Under the pieces are notes generated by a model. That model made no database searches. It was not told the origin of the DNA and worked only from the letters and a program-made list of their open reading frames with translations. Of a stretch of DNA of 64,000 nt, positions 1 through 12,504 are shown one piece after another. A program made the position numbers and the translations under genes. The DNA comes from Squalus acanthias (lineage: Eukaryota): positions 3,410,001 to 3,474,000 of the forward strand of contig CM059433.1 in the NCBI GenBank assembly GCA_030390025.1, in the 5' to 3' direction. Numbering within the stretch: the first letter of the stretch is position 1; each line of letters begins with the position of its first letter.

Positions 1-84
1 AAATTAAAAACCAGAGCGTGTCAGGAAGGGACAGAATATATAAAGATAAAGGTAAAGTAGTAAAGGGGGTAAAAGCAGGAATAA

Positions 85-1362
85 ATTGTCACAAGACATG
101 TTTAAAAGTTCTTTATCTGAATGCACGCAGCATTCGTAACAAAATAGACGAGTTGACGGTACAAATAACTACACATGGGTATGATCTGGTGGCCATTACA
201 GAAACATGGCTGCGAGGTGACCATGACTGGGAACTAAACATCCAGGGGTATTTGAAGGAAAAGGAGGTGGGGTGGCTATGTTAATAAAGGGTGGAATCAC
301 TGCAATAGTGAGAAATTATATTGGGTCAAAGGATCAGGATAGTGAAACAGTTTGGGTGGAGATAAGGAATAATAAGGGGAAAAAATCACTAGTGGGCGTA
401 GTCTATAGGCCTCCTAACAGTTGTAACTCTATTGGTCGGAGTATAAATCAGGAAATATTTGGGGCTTGTAATAAGGGAACAGCTATAATCATGGGAGATT
501 TTAACTTTCATATTGACTGGACAAATCAAATTGGGCAGGGCAGCCTTGAGGAAGAGTTCATAGAATGCATTAGAGACAGGTTCCTTGAGCAGTATGTTAC
601 TGAACCAACCAGGGGGCAGGCAATCTTAGATCTGGTCCTGTGTAATGAGACAGGATTAATAAAAAAATGTCCTAGTAAAGGATCCCCTTGGAATGAGTGA
701 CCATAACATGGTTGAATTCCAAATTCAGTTGGAGGGTGAGAGAGTTGGATCTCAAACCAGCGTACTAAGCTTAAATAAAGGAGACTATGAAGGTATGAGA
801 GCAGAGTTGACTAAAGTGGACTGGGCAAATAGATTAAGGTGTAAGACGGTACAGGAGCAGTGGTGTACATTCAAGGAGGTATTTCACAACTTTCAAGAAA
901 AATATATTCCACTGAGCAAAAAGGGGCGTAAAAAAAAAGACAGCCATCCGTGGCTAAGTAAAGTAATAAAGGATAGTATCTGACTGAAAACAAGGGCATA
1001 TAAAGTAGCCAAATCTAGTGGGAGGATAGAAGATTGGGAAGCATTTAAAAGCCAGCAAAGAATAACTAAAAGATTAATTAAGAAGGGTAAGATAGATTAT
1101 GAAAGTAAACTCGCAAAAATATAAAAACAGATAGCAAGAGTTTCTACAGTTATATAAAAAGAAAAAGGGTGGCTAAAGTGAATGTTGGTCCCTTAGAGGA
1201 CGAGACCGGGAAATTAGTAGTGGGGAATACGGAGATGGCAAATACGCTGAACAAATATTTTGTATCAGTCTTTACAGTAGAGGATACTAAAAATATCCCA
1301 ACACTGGACAAACGGGGGGCTATGGGGGAGAGGAGCTAAACACGATTAAAATCACTAAGGAG
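85..1362 (+). pseudogene. Frameshifted APE endonuclease and linker part of CR1 ORF2
   Basis: Endonuclease motifs are split over three frames, with an in-frame stop at 981-983. Confidence 0.92.
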
Positions 1363-2889
1363 ATGGTACTCGGTAAGATAATGGGACTTAAGGCGGATAA
1401 ATCCCCTGGACCTGATGGCTTACATCCTAGGGTCTTGAGAGAAGCAGCGGTAGGGATTGCGGATGTATTGGTGGTAATTTTCCAAAACTCCCTGGATTCG
1501 GGAAAGGTCCCAACAGATTGGAAAACTGCTAATGTAATGCCCTTATTTAAAAAGGGAGGTAGACAAAAGGCTGGAAACTATAGACCAGTTAGCCTAACAT
1601 CTGTGGTTGGTAAAATGTTGGAGTCCATTATTAAGGAAGCAGTAACAGGACATTTGGATAAGCATAATTTAATCAGACAGAGTCAGCATGGTTTTATGAA
1701 GGGGAAATCATGCTTGACAAATTTGCTCGAATTCTTTGAGGATGTAACAAACAGGGTGGATAAAGGGGAACCAGTGGATGTGGTGTATTTGGACTTCCAA
1801 AAGGCATTTGATAAGGTGCCACACAAAAGATTACTGCACAAGATAAAAAATCACGGGATTGGGGGTAATATACTGGCATGGGTGGAAGATTGGCTATCTA
1901 ACAGAAAACAGAGAGTTGGGATAAATGGTTCATTCTCGGGTTGGCAATCAGTAACTAGTGGTGTTCCGCAAGGGTCAGTGCTGGGACCCCAACTCTTTAC
2001 AATCTATATTAACGATTTGGAGGAGGGGACCAAGTGCAACGTATCCAAGTTTGCTGACGATACAAAGATGGGAGGAAAAGCAGTGAGTGAGGAGGACATA
2101 AATAACCTGAAAAAGGACATAGACAGGCTAAGTGAGTGGGCGGAAATTTGGCAGATGGAATATAATGTTGGAAAGTGTGAGGTTATGCACTTTGGCAGAA
2201 AAAATCAAAGAGCAAGTTATTATCTAAATGGAAAGAAACTGCAAAGTGCTACAGTACAAAGGGATCTGGGGGTCCTGGTGCATGAAACACAGAAGGTTAG
2301 TATGCAGGTACAGCAGGTGATCAGGAAGGCCAATGGAATCTTGGCTTTTATTGCAAGGGGGATGGAGTATAAAAGCAGGGAAGTCTTGCTTCAGTTATAC
2401 AAGGTACTGGTGAGGCCACACCTGGAATACTGCGTACAGGTTTGGTTTCCATATTTAAGAAAAGATATACTTGCTCTCGAGGCAGTTCAGAGAAGGTTCA
2501 CTCAGTTGATTCCGGAGATGAGGGGGTTGACTTATGAGGAAAGGTTGAGTAGGTTGGGCCTCTACTCATTGGAATTCAGAAGAATGAGAGGCGATCTTAT
2601 CGAAACATATAAGATTGTGAGGGGGCTTGATCGGGTGGAGGCGGGGAGGATGTTTCCACTGATGGGTGAGACTAGAACTAGGGGGCATAATCTTAGAATA
2701 AGGGGCTGCCGTTTCAAAACTGAGATGAGGAGAAACTTCTTCACTCAGAGGGTAGTAAATCTATGGAATTTGCTACCTCAGAGAGCTGTGGAAGCTGCGA
2801 CATTAAATAAATTTAAAACGGAGATAGACAGTTTCCTAGCTGATAAGGGAATTGAGCGTTATGGGGAGCGGGCAGGGAAGTGGACGTGA
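1363..2889 (+). CDS. CR1 ORF2 reverse transcriptase and C-terminal region (uninterrupted 508-aa fragment)
   Basis: [55 protein letters not shown] motifs. Confidence 0.93.
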   Translation: MVLGKIMGLKADKSPGPDGLHPRVLREAAVGIADVLVVIFQNSLDSGKVPTDWKTANVMPLFKKGGRQKAGNYRPVSLTSVVGKMLESIIKEAVTGHLDKHNLIRQSQHGFMKGKSCLTNLLEFFEDVTNRVDKGEPVDVVYLDFQKAFDKVPHKRLLHKIKNHGIGGNILAWVEDWLSNRKQRVGINGSFSGWQSVTSGVPQGSVLGPQLFTIYINDLEEGTKCNVSKFADDTKMGGKAVSEEDINNLKKDIDRLSEWAEIWQMEYNVGKCEVMHFGRKNQRASYYLNGKKLQSATVQRDLGVLVHETQKVSMQVQQVIRKANGILAFIARGMEYKSREVLLQLYKVLVRPHLEYCVQVWFPYLRKDILALEAVQRRFTQLIPEMRGLTYEERLSRLGLYSLEFRRMRGDLIETYKIVRGLDRVEAGRMFPLMGETRTRGHNLRIRGCRFKTEMRRNFFTQRVVNLWNLLPQRAVEAATLNKFKTEIDSFLADKGIERYGERAGKWT

Positions 2890-2980
2890 GTCTAGGTTCG
2901 GATCAGCCATGATCCTATTGAATGGCGGAGCAGGCCCGAGGGGTCGTATGGCCGACTCCTGCTCCTACTTCTTATGTTCT

Positions 2981-3235
2981 TATGAGGAGGAATTTCTTCT
3001 CTCAGAGGGTCGTAAATCTGTGGAATTCTCTGCCCCAGAGAGCCATGGAGGCTGGGTCATTAAATACATTTAATGTGGAGATAGATTTTTGCAAGATAAG
3101 GGAGTGAAGGGTTATGGGGAGCGGGCGGGGAAGTGGCTTTGAGCCCAAGATCAGCCATGATCTTATTGAATGGCGGAGCAGGCTCGAGGGGCCAAGTGGT
3201 CTATTCCTGCTCCTATTTCTTATGTTCTTATGTTC
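2981..3235 (+). mobile_element. CR1 3'-end fragment of a different subfamily (same as 23776-25575)
   Basis: MRRNFFSQRVVNLWNSLP, CR1 3' UTR and tatgttct repeat tail. Confidence 0.93.
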
Positions 3236-3318
3236 ACACACAGTAGGTGCTGTTGGACATTTATGTGGCTTGCTTTTTTTTTAAGTTTTTCCTTTAAAAT
3301 ATTCATTTAAAGACTTTT

Positions 3319-3720
3319 GGGATAGAAATTGGACGTAAAACAGGTGCAACAAGGGCCAATTTCAGGAAACAACGCCCCGCGCCCTAAGCGCTCCTGAAAG
3401 ACATCAGACCTGATACCAGTTCGAGCCATTTTTCAAGTGTCCCTAGCGGCTGCCTAAGATGGGTGTTAGGCTGCCTATATATGTAACTACGGAGCGTAAT
3501 GCCACTCCAGCTCCCCTCCTGGGACTCACCTTCGGGGGGCCGCTGGCAATACATGCGATTCGACATTGATCTTCTTCAAATGGGCGAGCTACCAGTGGGT
3601 GCGTGAGGGGCATCGGCAGCTCGCCGAAATAATATTAACGTGACCCGAAGCCCAATTTCGTGTCGGCCTTGGCCTCCTGGTTAGAGCATGTGCTTCATGC
3701 GTGATGCCCATTTCAGGCCC
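3319..3720. mobile_element. Degenerate Harbinger-type MITE
   Basis: gggatagaaattgg ... cccatttcaggccc imperfect TIRs, flanks ttt/tat, CpG-rich interior. Confidence 0.55.
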
Positions 3721-4654
3721 TATGAAAAATATATATACTGAACTGAACTTTTTGCCCGAGCTCTGAAGCCATTTGATTTTATTTCCCAAATTGATGTGCT
3801 TCCTCAGAGCGAAGTCTTTTAAATATATTTTTCAGTTTTGCAATATTAATATACGTCTTTGTATGTTTTAGTCTCCCTTGTATTGTTTAACTGCATTAGT
3901 GAGGCTCCAATCTGCCCCTCCCTCCCTCCCTCTACTGCGGCTCCTGCTCTGACTCCACCCTGACGTCTTGGTGATTCCAGTAGGCTCGTCCTCGAGCTCA
4001 CCGTGCTCCTCAATGTTGGTGCTACGGTAAATTTGGCCTCAAAATAGTATTAGTAGTAATTCTGCTGAACTCTGAGAGGACAGAAAGAACTAATGTTAAG
4101 AAACCTGGGTACCTCAAGATTGCACTGTGCACAGCATCTGCTTCCAATTAATGGCTGGGCACGGTGGAGTCAGGCTTATCAAGGTTGAATGAAAGGACAT
4201 GTTGCTTTGACAAGATAAGATGGGAGTGAACTAATCCTTATCTGGATTGTTTTAAAACTGTTATTGAAAGCCAGGGACAGGCTTTCATCAAGTAATTGAA
4301 AATCGCTCATTATAAGTTCTGGACATGCGTCTGTCTAAGGTTTGACACCAAAAAAAGAAATCCTTGCAATAAGATATCACTCAGATTGGCTCAAGGATTG
4401 TATCAAAGGAAATTTACATGAAAATCAAAGGTATGAAAGTTTGGCAGAGAAGTCAAATAGAGATTGGAGATTTGAGACTGAGAGAAGGCTCTTCAGAGAG
4501 ATGGAGTTTACAGGAGTTCGAGGAGATCTAAAATGCAAGAACTCTACTAGCCAGAGATGGGCAAATAATTCAGAGCTTCACTTACTATGTAAGAGTTAAG
4601 TTCCTGAGAACAAAGTGAGGTTAGTTCGACTGAGAGAGAACAGGTATTGAAGAG

Positions 4655-4750
4655 TCGGCCTAGGTTATGTGCTCAAGTCTCTGGAGTAGGAATTGAATCT
4701 ACAACCTTCTGATTCAAAGGTGAGAGTGCTACCACTGTACCTAGGCTGAC
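4655..4750 (-). mobile_element. tRNA-derived SINE head fragment (DeuSINE-like)
   Basis: Similar to 46165-46256 (tatgtgctcaag...ttgaa...acaaccttctga...ggtgag). Confidence 0.7.
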
Positions 4751-6161
4751 CCTTATTCAATGCCATTAAAATTAAATCAGAATTATTTGAATCTTTCTCT
4801 TTCTTCATCTCCTACCAAATGGGAAAAGTTACCATTTTAAATAATATTTTTAGACTTTAATTATATTAAATTAACAATTATTAGGGGTTTATTGCCGCTA
4901 ATTCGTGACCCGTCATCTCTGCGATACCTGGCCAAGGGGCAATAGCTCCTGACCCACTGACTCCACTCAGCTCTGGATCCTGGTGTATTCTCCAGTAGAA
5001 TATCTTTTGCCTCGCTGGCTATATTGGTCTTGGTTCTGAGCCTATAGTAAGAGACCATGTCAAGAATTTGTACCCTACTACCATTGCCCTGCCTGGCTGC
5101 TACCCAAAATTTCCCACCCCACTGACTATGCTCGGTCCCAGTCCCCAGTGCACCTCCTTCCAGTTTCCAGATTCACTGCCTCTAGCAGCCCTGGGCCCAG
5201 GCTAAAGAGGCCTGCCTTTTCTCTCAGTTTACCAAGGGAGGGCAGAGATATGATCACAGCTCCTCACATCGTGGCTCTAACCCCAAAGATGACTATTCAG
5301 AGCAGCACAGTGAGGACTCGATGTTGCCTTTCTAATTCTAACACACAAAGCCCTAGTCCAAGAACTCCATGGCTAAATTCAAGAGGGATTTGATGCTGAT
5401 TTCAGTCAGATTTTAGGCCTTTGTGAAAAATTTAACACAATGGGAAATAACTAATAAAATAATTAATAAAAGTTTTATAAAAAGTATTATATGTTAAAAA
5501 TGCTGAGTGGTCTTAACATTACAAAGGTATTGTGCCTGTAGATGGCACTGTGAGTGTAACGTTACATAACATAATGTTATGTGACAGGGATAACTATAGG
5601 AAAAGGAAAAACCCATCTTTGGATCCAGCAAGCAGGGAAAAAAAGCATTAAAAAATGTTACTTAGGAACTGCAAGAATCTTTATGAAAAACAACAAATTG
5701 GAAACAACATCAAAAATCAAAAACTGAACAGGATAACCGAATCCAACTGGTGGCTGCAGCCAAATGGGGTCTGCACAAAGACAGCCTTGTGAACTCTGCG
5801 CTTCAAAGGAGAGCAAGTTGGTAAAGTCATCAAAAAAAATCAAAGTCAGTCTGTAGTAAATATTAGATGCACCCGAAGAAAACCAGAAGAAAGAAAGAGA
5901 AATTGCAGCTCCCAACGGCTATACTGACAGTCCATCCAAAGTGCAATGAACAAGATATCTGCAGCTCGCCTGTCTCAAGGCCCAATATAGGGTGAGCCTA
6001 CCTGTTCCAGCTCAGAGATTGTTGCCCGTGCCCAGTTCATGCCAGCAGGCCACGCAAACCCATTTCTAGGCCCTTGTGTCATATATTTGCAATGTGTTCA
6101 TTTTGTTCACTTAGCACAATATCCTTTACTCCTCTCAAACTAGCAAGTAAACTGTCCATCC

Positions 6162-6189
6162 TGTGTGTGTGTGTGTGTGTGTGTGTGTG
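6162..6189. repeat. (TG)n microsatellite
   Basis: About 14 TG units. Confidence 0.95.
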
Positions 6190-6379
6190 ACGTTCCCTGA
6201 TTGTTCATGTTTCAGACGACTTCATCTAAAGTCCTTTCTGCTTGTTCAAATTAATGTTAAATACTCCATCGTACTATTCCAAGAAAAGCAGGGATGTCTC
6301 TCCATGTCCAGACCAACTTTCCTTGTGCAATCAATACTACCAAAGGAAAACTACCAAAAAAAGCAACTTCACTGATCCT

Positions 6380-6545
6380 TTATCTCATTGCTGTTTGTGA
6401 GACATTGCAGGTACAGAATGGCTGTCAAACTTACCAACATAACACTACAATCTAAATAGTAATTGATTGTATGAATTCTTTTGAAAGGTTTCACAAAGGT
6501 GCTAGAGCCTTACATAAATTCAGATCTTTCCTTCCTTTCTTCAGT
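6380..6545 (+). mobile_element. Decayed DeuSINE-like 3' half
   Basis: atctcattgctgtttgtgagacattgc... resembles 56690-56855. Confidence 0.55.
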
Positions 6546-7102
6546 TTAAGAAGCAATAATATTTTAGGATTTGCAAAAATCAAAACTCAACATCCAAGAA
6601 ACTCTTGTCTCCTGAGCAGGCCTCTCTTGAGAGCCAGCGATTAAATACATGCTCACTAGATCACCGTGCTGGAAATGCTTTTTTGAACAGCTAATCTTTT
6701 TGATTGCTGTGAGAAATAGTGTTACCAAAAGGGGAAACATATAATGGCCTCTCCCTGTCCTGCACTGCTGAGTTACTGAAGATCAATTGGTCATTTTAGG
6801 AAGGCAATATATCTCTTGACATTATTTTGATACAGTTTATGTGTGATTCTCATAGAAACTGACAAAAGTTCCGCAATACATTTGTCATGTAACTTTGCCA
6901 GTAATGGCAAAATGCAGAAACAATTTCCTTAAACGCTTCCTGTTGTTTTGGGAAGTAGTCTGTGTAAAATCAGAACTGTGAGCCAAGAAATTACTGTTTG
7001 CAATATTAGCAGATCAACGTTTAATAGTTTAATTTGGCATTCCCCTGTCTGCAATTTTATCCAAGATGTTAACTTATTTAAAGTAAATGAGCTTAATACC
7101 TT

Positions 7103-7251
7103 TGTTTATATCAAATTAGCATTACAGCCTAGAAATTAACACTGACAATATTAACATATGGAAACTTAACCTGTTTGCATAGGTTAAGTTTCCATATGTT
7201 AATATTGTCAATATTAATTTCAAGGCTGTAATGCTAATATGATATAGAGCA
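7103..7251. repeat. Long AT-rich inverted repeat (hairpin, ~70-bp arms)
   Basis: 7143-7172 is the exact reverse complement of 7181-7210; pairing continues outward with few mismatches. Confidence 0.95.
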
Positions 7252-8110
7252 GATTAAAGTAAAATAAATAACCCTATAAATGTGACATAACGTGATTTTA
7301 TACTTTTAATGAAAAAACTTGGCTCTGAATTTGAATTTACAGTATAAAGAGTATTAACGCTCAGTTCATATCTTAGAAAAGCAAGCTCATTAGGACAACA
7401 TTTTAAATTGAAGCCACAAAAGGGATTGTCTGCAACCACTGAGACTAAAACTGTACTTGGCTCTGTACCGGTTGGCACCTTATATTCCTTACACAATGCT
7501 AACCGTATCACGTTTAATGATTTTCACACTGTCCAATCAATAAGCAATCCATTCGCAGAAACCATTGCAGATGACAGATTTCCTTCCAAAGGACTTACAT
7601 ATTTACATAGCCAGAGTACTACCATAAGATGAACAACTAACCATATATTATAAAAAAAATATTTGCATAACTGTGTGCATCCCATACATTTCAGTTCAGG
7701 AAAGAATCCATATACTGTAGATTCTGTTGCACCCTCTGTTGGTGCCGGTGTGTCAAGTAAATGAATGGAGGTCTCTAAATCCTGTATCCGTTCTCATTTA
7801 CACCCAAGTCATATACGCAGTTATTGATTTTAATTTGTTTTGAATCTAAAAAGATGCGGAAACAATAATTTATGTTAAATGAAATGTCAACATGTAAATT
7901 ATACGCAAGAATCTATGCGATATATGAGGCAAAAATAAAATAGCTAAAAACTTCAATTTACACTCGGTGTTAATAAATTTCTATTTGGACATCCATTGAA
8001 ATGATATGGGGAAAATGCATTCTCATTTCTAATTAATCTTTTTGTTCACCTTTTTCGTTTTTCTCTTTTGTCACCTACCATTCACCTTCTTTCCTTTGCC
8101 TGGTTTTACA

Positions 8111-11100
8111 TTTTTTTATTCATTCACAGATGTGGGCATCACTGGCAAGGCCAGCATTTATTGCCCATCCCTAATTGCCCTTTTGAAGGTGGTGGTGAGC
8201 CGCCTTCCTGAACCGCTGCAGTCCGTGCGGTGAAGGTGCTCCCACAGTGCTGTTAGGGAGAGAGTTCCACGATTTTGACCAAGCGACGATGAAGGAACGG
8301 CAATATATTTCCAAGTCAGGATGGTATATGACTTGGAGGGGAAATTGCAGGTGGTGGTGTTCCCATGCGCCTGCTGCCCTTGTCCTTCTAGGTGGTAGAG
8401 CTCGCGGGTTTGGGGGGTGCTGTCGAAGAAGCCTTGGCAAGTTGCTGCAGTGCATCTTGTAGATGGTACACACTGCAGCCACAGTGCGCCGGTGGTGGAG
8501 GGAGTGAATGTTTAAGGTGGTGGATGGGGTGCCAATCAAGCGGGCTGCTTTGTCCTGGATGGTGTCGAGCTTCTTGAGTGTTGTTGGAGCTGCACTCATC
8601 CAGGCAAGTGGAGAGTATTCCATCACACTCCTGACTTGTGCCTTGTAGATGGTAGAAAGGCTTTGGGGAGTCAGGAGGTGTTTCCTGTAGGCACAGTATT
8701 TATGTAGCTGGTCCAGTTAAGTTTCTGGTCAATGGTGACCCCCAGGGTGTTGATGGTGGGGGATTCAGCGATGCTAATGCCATTGAATGTCAAGGGGAGG
8801 AGGTTAGACTCTCATTGTCTGGCACTTGTGTGGGGCGAATGTTACCTGCCACTTATCAGCCCAAGCCTGAATGTCATCCAGGTCTTGTTGCATGCGGGCA
8901 TGGACTGCTTTAATTTTCTGAGGAGTTGTGAATGGCGCTGATAACTGTGCATTCATCAGCAAACATCCCCAGTTCTGACCTTATGTTGGAGGGAAGGTCA
9001 TTGATGAAGCAGCTGAAGATGGTTGGGCCTAGGACACTACTCTAAGGAACTCCTAGGTCTGGGATGATTGGCCTCCAACAACCACAACCATCTTCCTTTG
9101 TGCTAGGTGTGACTCCAGTCAGTGGAGAGATTTCCCCCTGGTCCCCATTGACTTCAATTTTAAATTTTACCAGGGCTCCTTGGTGCCTCACTTGGTCAAA
9201 TGCTACCTTGATGTCAAGGGCAGTCACTCTCATCTCACCTCTGGAATTATCTCTTTTGTCCCTGTTTGGACCAAGGCTGTAATGAGATCTATAGCCGAAC
9301 CCAATCTGGCAGAATCCAAACTGAGCATCGGTGAGCAGGTTATTGGTGAGTAAGTGCTGTTTGATAGCACTGACAACGACATCTTCCATCACTTTGCTGA
9401 TGATTGAGAGTAGACTGATGGGGCAGTAATTGGCTCGATTGGATTTGTCCTGCATTTTGTGGACAGGATGTACCTGGGCAGTTTTCCACTTTGTCGGGTA
9501 GATGCCAGTGTTGTAGCTGTACTGGAACAGCTTGGCTCGAGGCGTGGCTAGTTCTGGAGCACAAGTCTTCAGCGCGACAGCCGGGATGTTTCGGGGCCCA
9601 TAGCCTTTGCTGTATTCAGTGCGCTCAGCCGTTTCTTGATATCACTTGGAGTGAATTGAATTGGTTGAAGATTGGCATTTGTGATGGAGGGGACATCTGG
9701 AGGAGACCGAGATGGATCATCCACTTGGCACTTCTGGCTGAAGATGGTTGCGAACACTTCTGCCTTGACTTTGCACTCACGTACTGGGCTCCGTATTATT
9801 GAGGATGGGGATATTCATGAAGCCTCCTCCTGCCGTTAGTTGTTTAATTGTCCACCACCATTCACAACTGAATGTGACAGGACTGCAGAGCTTTGATCTG
9901 ATCCGTTGATTGCGGGATTGCTTAGCCCTGTCTATAGCATGCTGCTTCCGCTGTTTAGCATGCATGTAGTCCTGTATTGTAGCTTCACCAGGTTGGCACC
10001 TCATTTTCAGGTACGCCTGGTGCTGCTCCTGGCATGCTCATCTACACTCCTCATTGAACCAGGGTTGGTGGCCTGGCTTGATGGTAATGGTAGAGTGAGG
10101 GATATGCCAAGGCATGAGGTTACAGATTGTGGGGGAATACAATTCTGCTGCTGCTGATGGCCTCATGGATGCCCAGTTTTGAGCTGCTAGATCTGTTCTG
10201 AATCCATGCCATTTAGCATGGTGGTAGTGCCACACAACACGATGGAGGGTCTTCTTAGTGTGAAGACGGGACTTTGTCTCCACAAGGACTGTGCGGTGGT
10301 CATGGACAGGTGCATCTGCAACAGGTAGATTGGTGAGACTGAGGTCAAGTAAGTTTTTCCCTCATGTTAGTTCTCTCACCACCAGTTTGGCAGTTATGTC
10401 CTTCAGGTCTCGACCAGCTCGGTCAGTAGTGGTGCTACCGACCCACTCTTGGTGATGAACATTGATATCCCAGAGTACATTGTACTCAGAGTACATTCTG
10501 TGCCCTTGCTACCCTCAGTGCTTCTTCCAAGTGGTGTCCAACATAGAGGGGTACTGATTCATCAGCTGAGGGAGGGCAGTAAGTGGTAATCAGCAGGAGG
10601 TTTCCTTGCCCATGTTTGACCTGATGCCATGAGACTTGATGGGGTCCGGAGTCAATGTTAGGGACTCCCTGGTCCACTCCCTCCCAACTGTGCACCACTG
10701 TGCTGCCACCTCTGGTGGGTCTGTCCTGCCGGTGGGACAGGACATACCCAGGATTGGTGATAGAGGAGTCTGGGATGTTGGCTGATAGGTATGATTCTGT
10801 GAGTCTATTGCTTGACTAGTCTGTGGGACTAGGCTGTTGCTTGACTAGTCTGTGGGACTAGGCTGTTGCTTGACTAGTCGGTGAGACAGCTCTCCCAATT
10901 TTGGCGTCTCCAGATGTTAGTGAGGAGGACTTTGCAGTGTCAACTGGGCTGGGTGTGTCTTCATCATTCCCAAATCCGATGCCTAGGTCGATGCCACGTG
11001 GCCTGTCCATTTTTATACTTCTTTGTAGTGGTTTGATACACCAAGCGGCTTGCTCGGCCATTTTAGAGGGCAGTTATAAATCAACCTCAAGAGTCATATT

Positions 11101-11158
11101 TAGGCCAGCCTGGGTAAGGATGGCAGGTTTCCTTCCCTAAAGGACATTAGTGAACCAA
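8111..11158 (-). mobile_element. CR1/L2-group LINE (second family), near full-length ORF2, decayed
   Basis: Minus-strand fragments: APE (GNLLLITTYCPPS), KAMGP, NYCPISLLSIISKVME, ALDIKVAFD, MEYSPLAW...LDTIQDKAARLIG; A-rich 3' end at 8111. Confidence 0.92.
10808..10890. repeat. 29-bp tandem duplication (~2.8 copies) inside the LINE
   Basis: ttgcttgactagtctgtgggactaggctg at 10808, 10837 and partially at 10866. Confidence 0.93.
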
Positions 11159-11354
11159 TTAATGTACACAGGATCCCGATCAATTTTGGACTTCCTCTGG
11201 CCGGAATGTGCAGTGCACATGCCCAATCCGGTCGAACTGGCCGTAAAGGGACTGCTGGAGGCCACTCCAAAATTGTAAAAGTTAAGCTTTTTTGAATGAT
11301 TTATATGAGGTCAGGAGGAGCATGAATATTGCCTCGCTCTGTGGCCAACCACTG

Positions 11355-11622
11355 CCCTTCCACCCCGCCCCCCCCCTCCTCCCCTCCTCCCCTCCACCCC
11401 GCTGCCCCTCCCCTCCACCCCACCCCGCCCCCTCTGCACCCCACCCCACCCCACCCCTCCACCCCTCCACCCCACCCCCCTCCCCTCCACCCCACCCCGC
11501 CCAGCGACCCCCACCCCACCCCACCCCACCACCCTCCACCCCACCACAGCCCCTCAGCCCCCTCCCCTCCACCCCACCCCACCCCCCCTGCACCCCACCC
11601 CCCGCCCCCACCACCCCACCCC
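11355..11622. repeat. C-rich low-complexity tract (G-rich on the minus strand)
   Basis: ccccacc/ccctcc runs over ~270 bp. Confidence 0.95.
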
Positions 11623-11931
11623 ATCTTATTTTTCTACCTTTATTTCTTTATTTTTAATATTTTCTCTCCCTGTGTTTATTTTCATTGATTTCTCTTTTTC
11701 CATTTCCTTCTGATATCCAGGAAAAAATGTGTCGGATTAAGTTAGCCCTGCTGTGATAAAACTAGCTGAGCGGGGGGAGGGGGGGGGGGGAAATCAATGG
11801 CGTGTAAGGGCCTAGAAGAGAACAATTGAAATAGACAAGAAACACAAATGATTTTCATGCATCGATCAGGAACCAGTGAGCCTGAGTAAAATAACAAAGA
11901 ACAGGAACAGGTCCGTATGTCTGAGAATCTT

Positions 11932-12057
11932 AACAGGAAGTGTGCAAACTGGGTAAAGAGATCAACAGGAAGTGTGCAAACTGGGTACAGAGATCAACAG
12001 GAAGTGTGCAAACTAGGTAAAGAGATCAACAGGAAGTGTGCAAACTGGGTAAAGAGC
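11932..12057. repeat. 32-bp minisatellite, 4 copies
   Basis: aacaggaagtgtgcaaactgggtaaagagatc repeated with at most 1-2 differences. Confidence 0.95.
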
Positions 12058-12504
12058 TTAGCAGGAACTGGCCAGGCCAGGTGTGAGAGTGCAAGACTTC
12101 ACTCGGATCTCATAGCATAGGATAGAATGCAATACAAGGTCATTGATATCTTAATATTTTTATGAGCTTCATTTCTGTGGAAAGGTACTGACCCATCATA
12201 ACCTAGACACGGTACAATGACAAAAAGGGAACCAGAGATGCATAAATTCTGAAATTAAAAAACCCCAGAAATGCACAGCATGTCACTCAGCGTCCGAAAG
12301 GGAGAGAAAGGTTAACGGCGAATTATCCAATGGTGTACTTGATACAATGAGCCTTGCCAGAAGCACGCACGGGGTTGGAAGATCGGGTCTCCCAGCTTCT
12401 GCTCTACATATTTCCCCTGCCCAAATTACCATTGGCCATTTTTACCTGGAAAAAGTGGGTCTCACCTTTTTTGTGCAGAACCCTTCTTTAAATACTTCAA
12501 ATAC

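Larger units (their letters stand above)
1..2983 (+). mobile_element. CR1-clade LINE, long copy (ORF2 plus 3' UTR), 5' part cut by window edge
   Basis: APE endonuclease motifs (YLNARSIRNK, AITETW, YRPP, MGDFN, SDHN) in ORFs 18-284, 272-700 and 693-983; RT ORF 1363-2889; CR1 3' UTR ending in ttcttatgttcttatg. Confidence 0.97.

Noticed and set aside
4140..4640. Possible second LTR remnant
   Set aside because: Purine-rich, but no clear TG...CA ends or TSD.
11282..11688. Pro-rich and Gly-rich ORFs (also 58963-59641 and 55414-56281)
   Set aside because: By-products of low-complexity G/C tracts.
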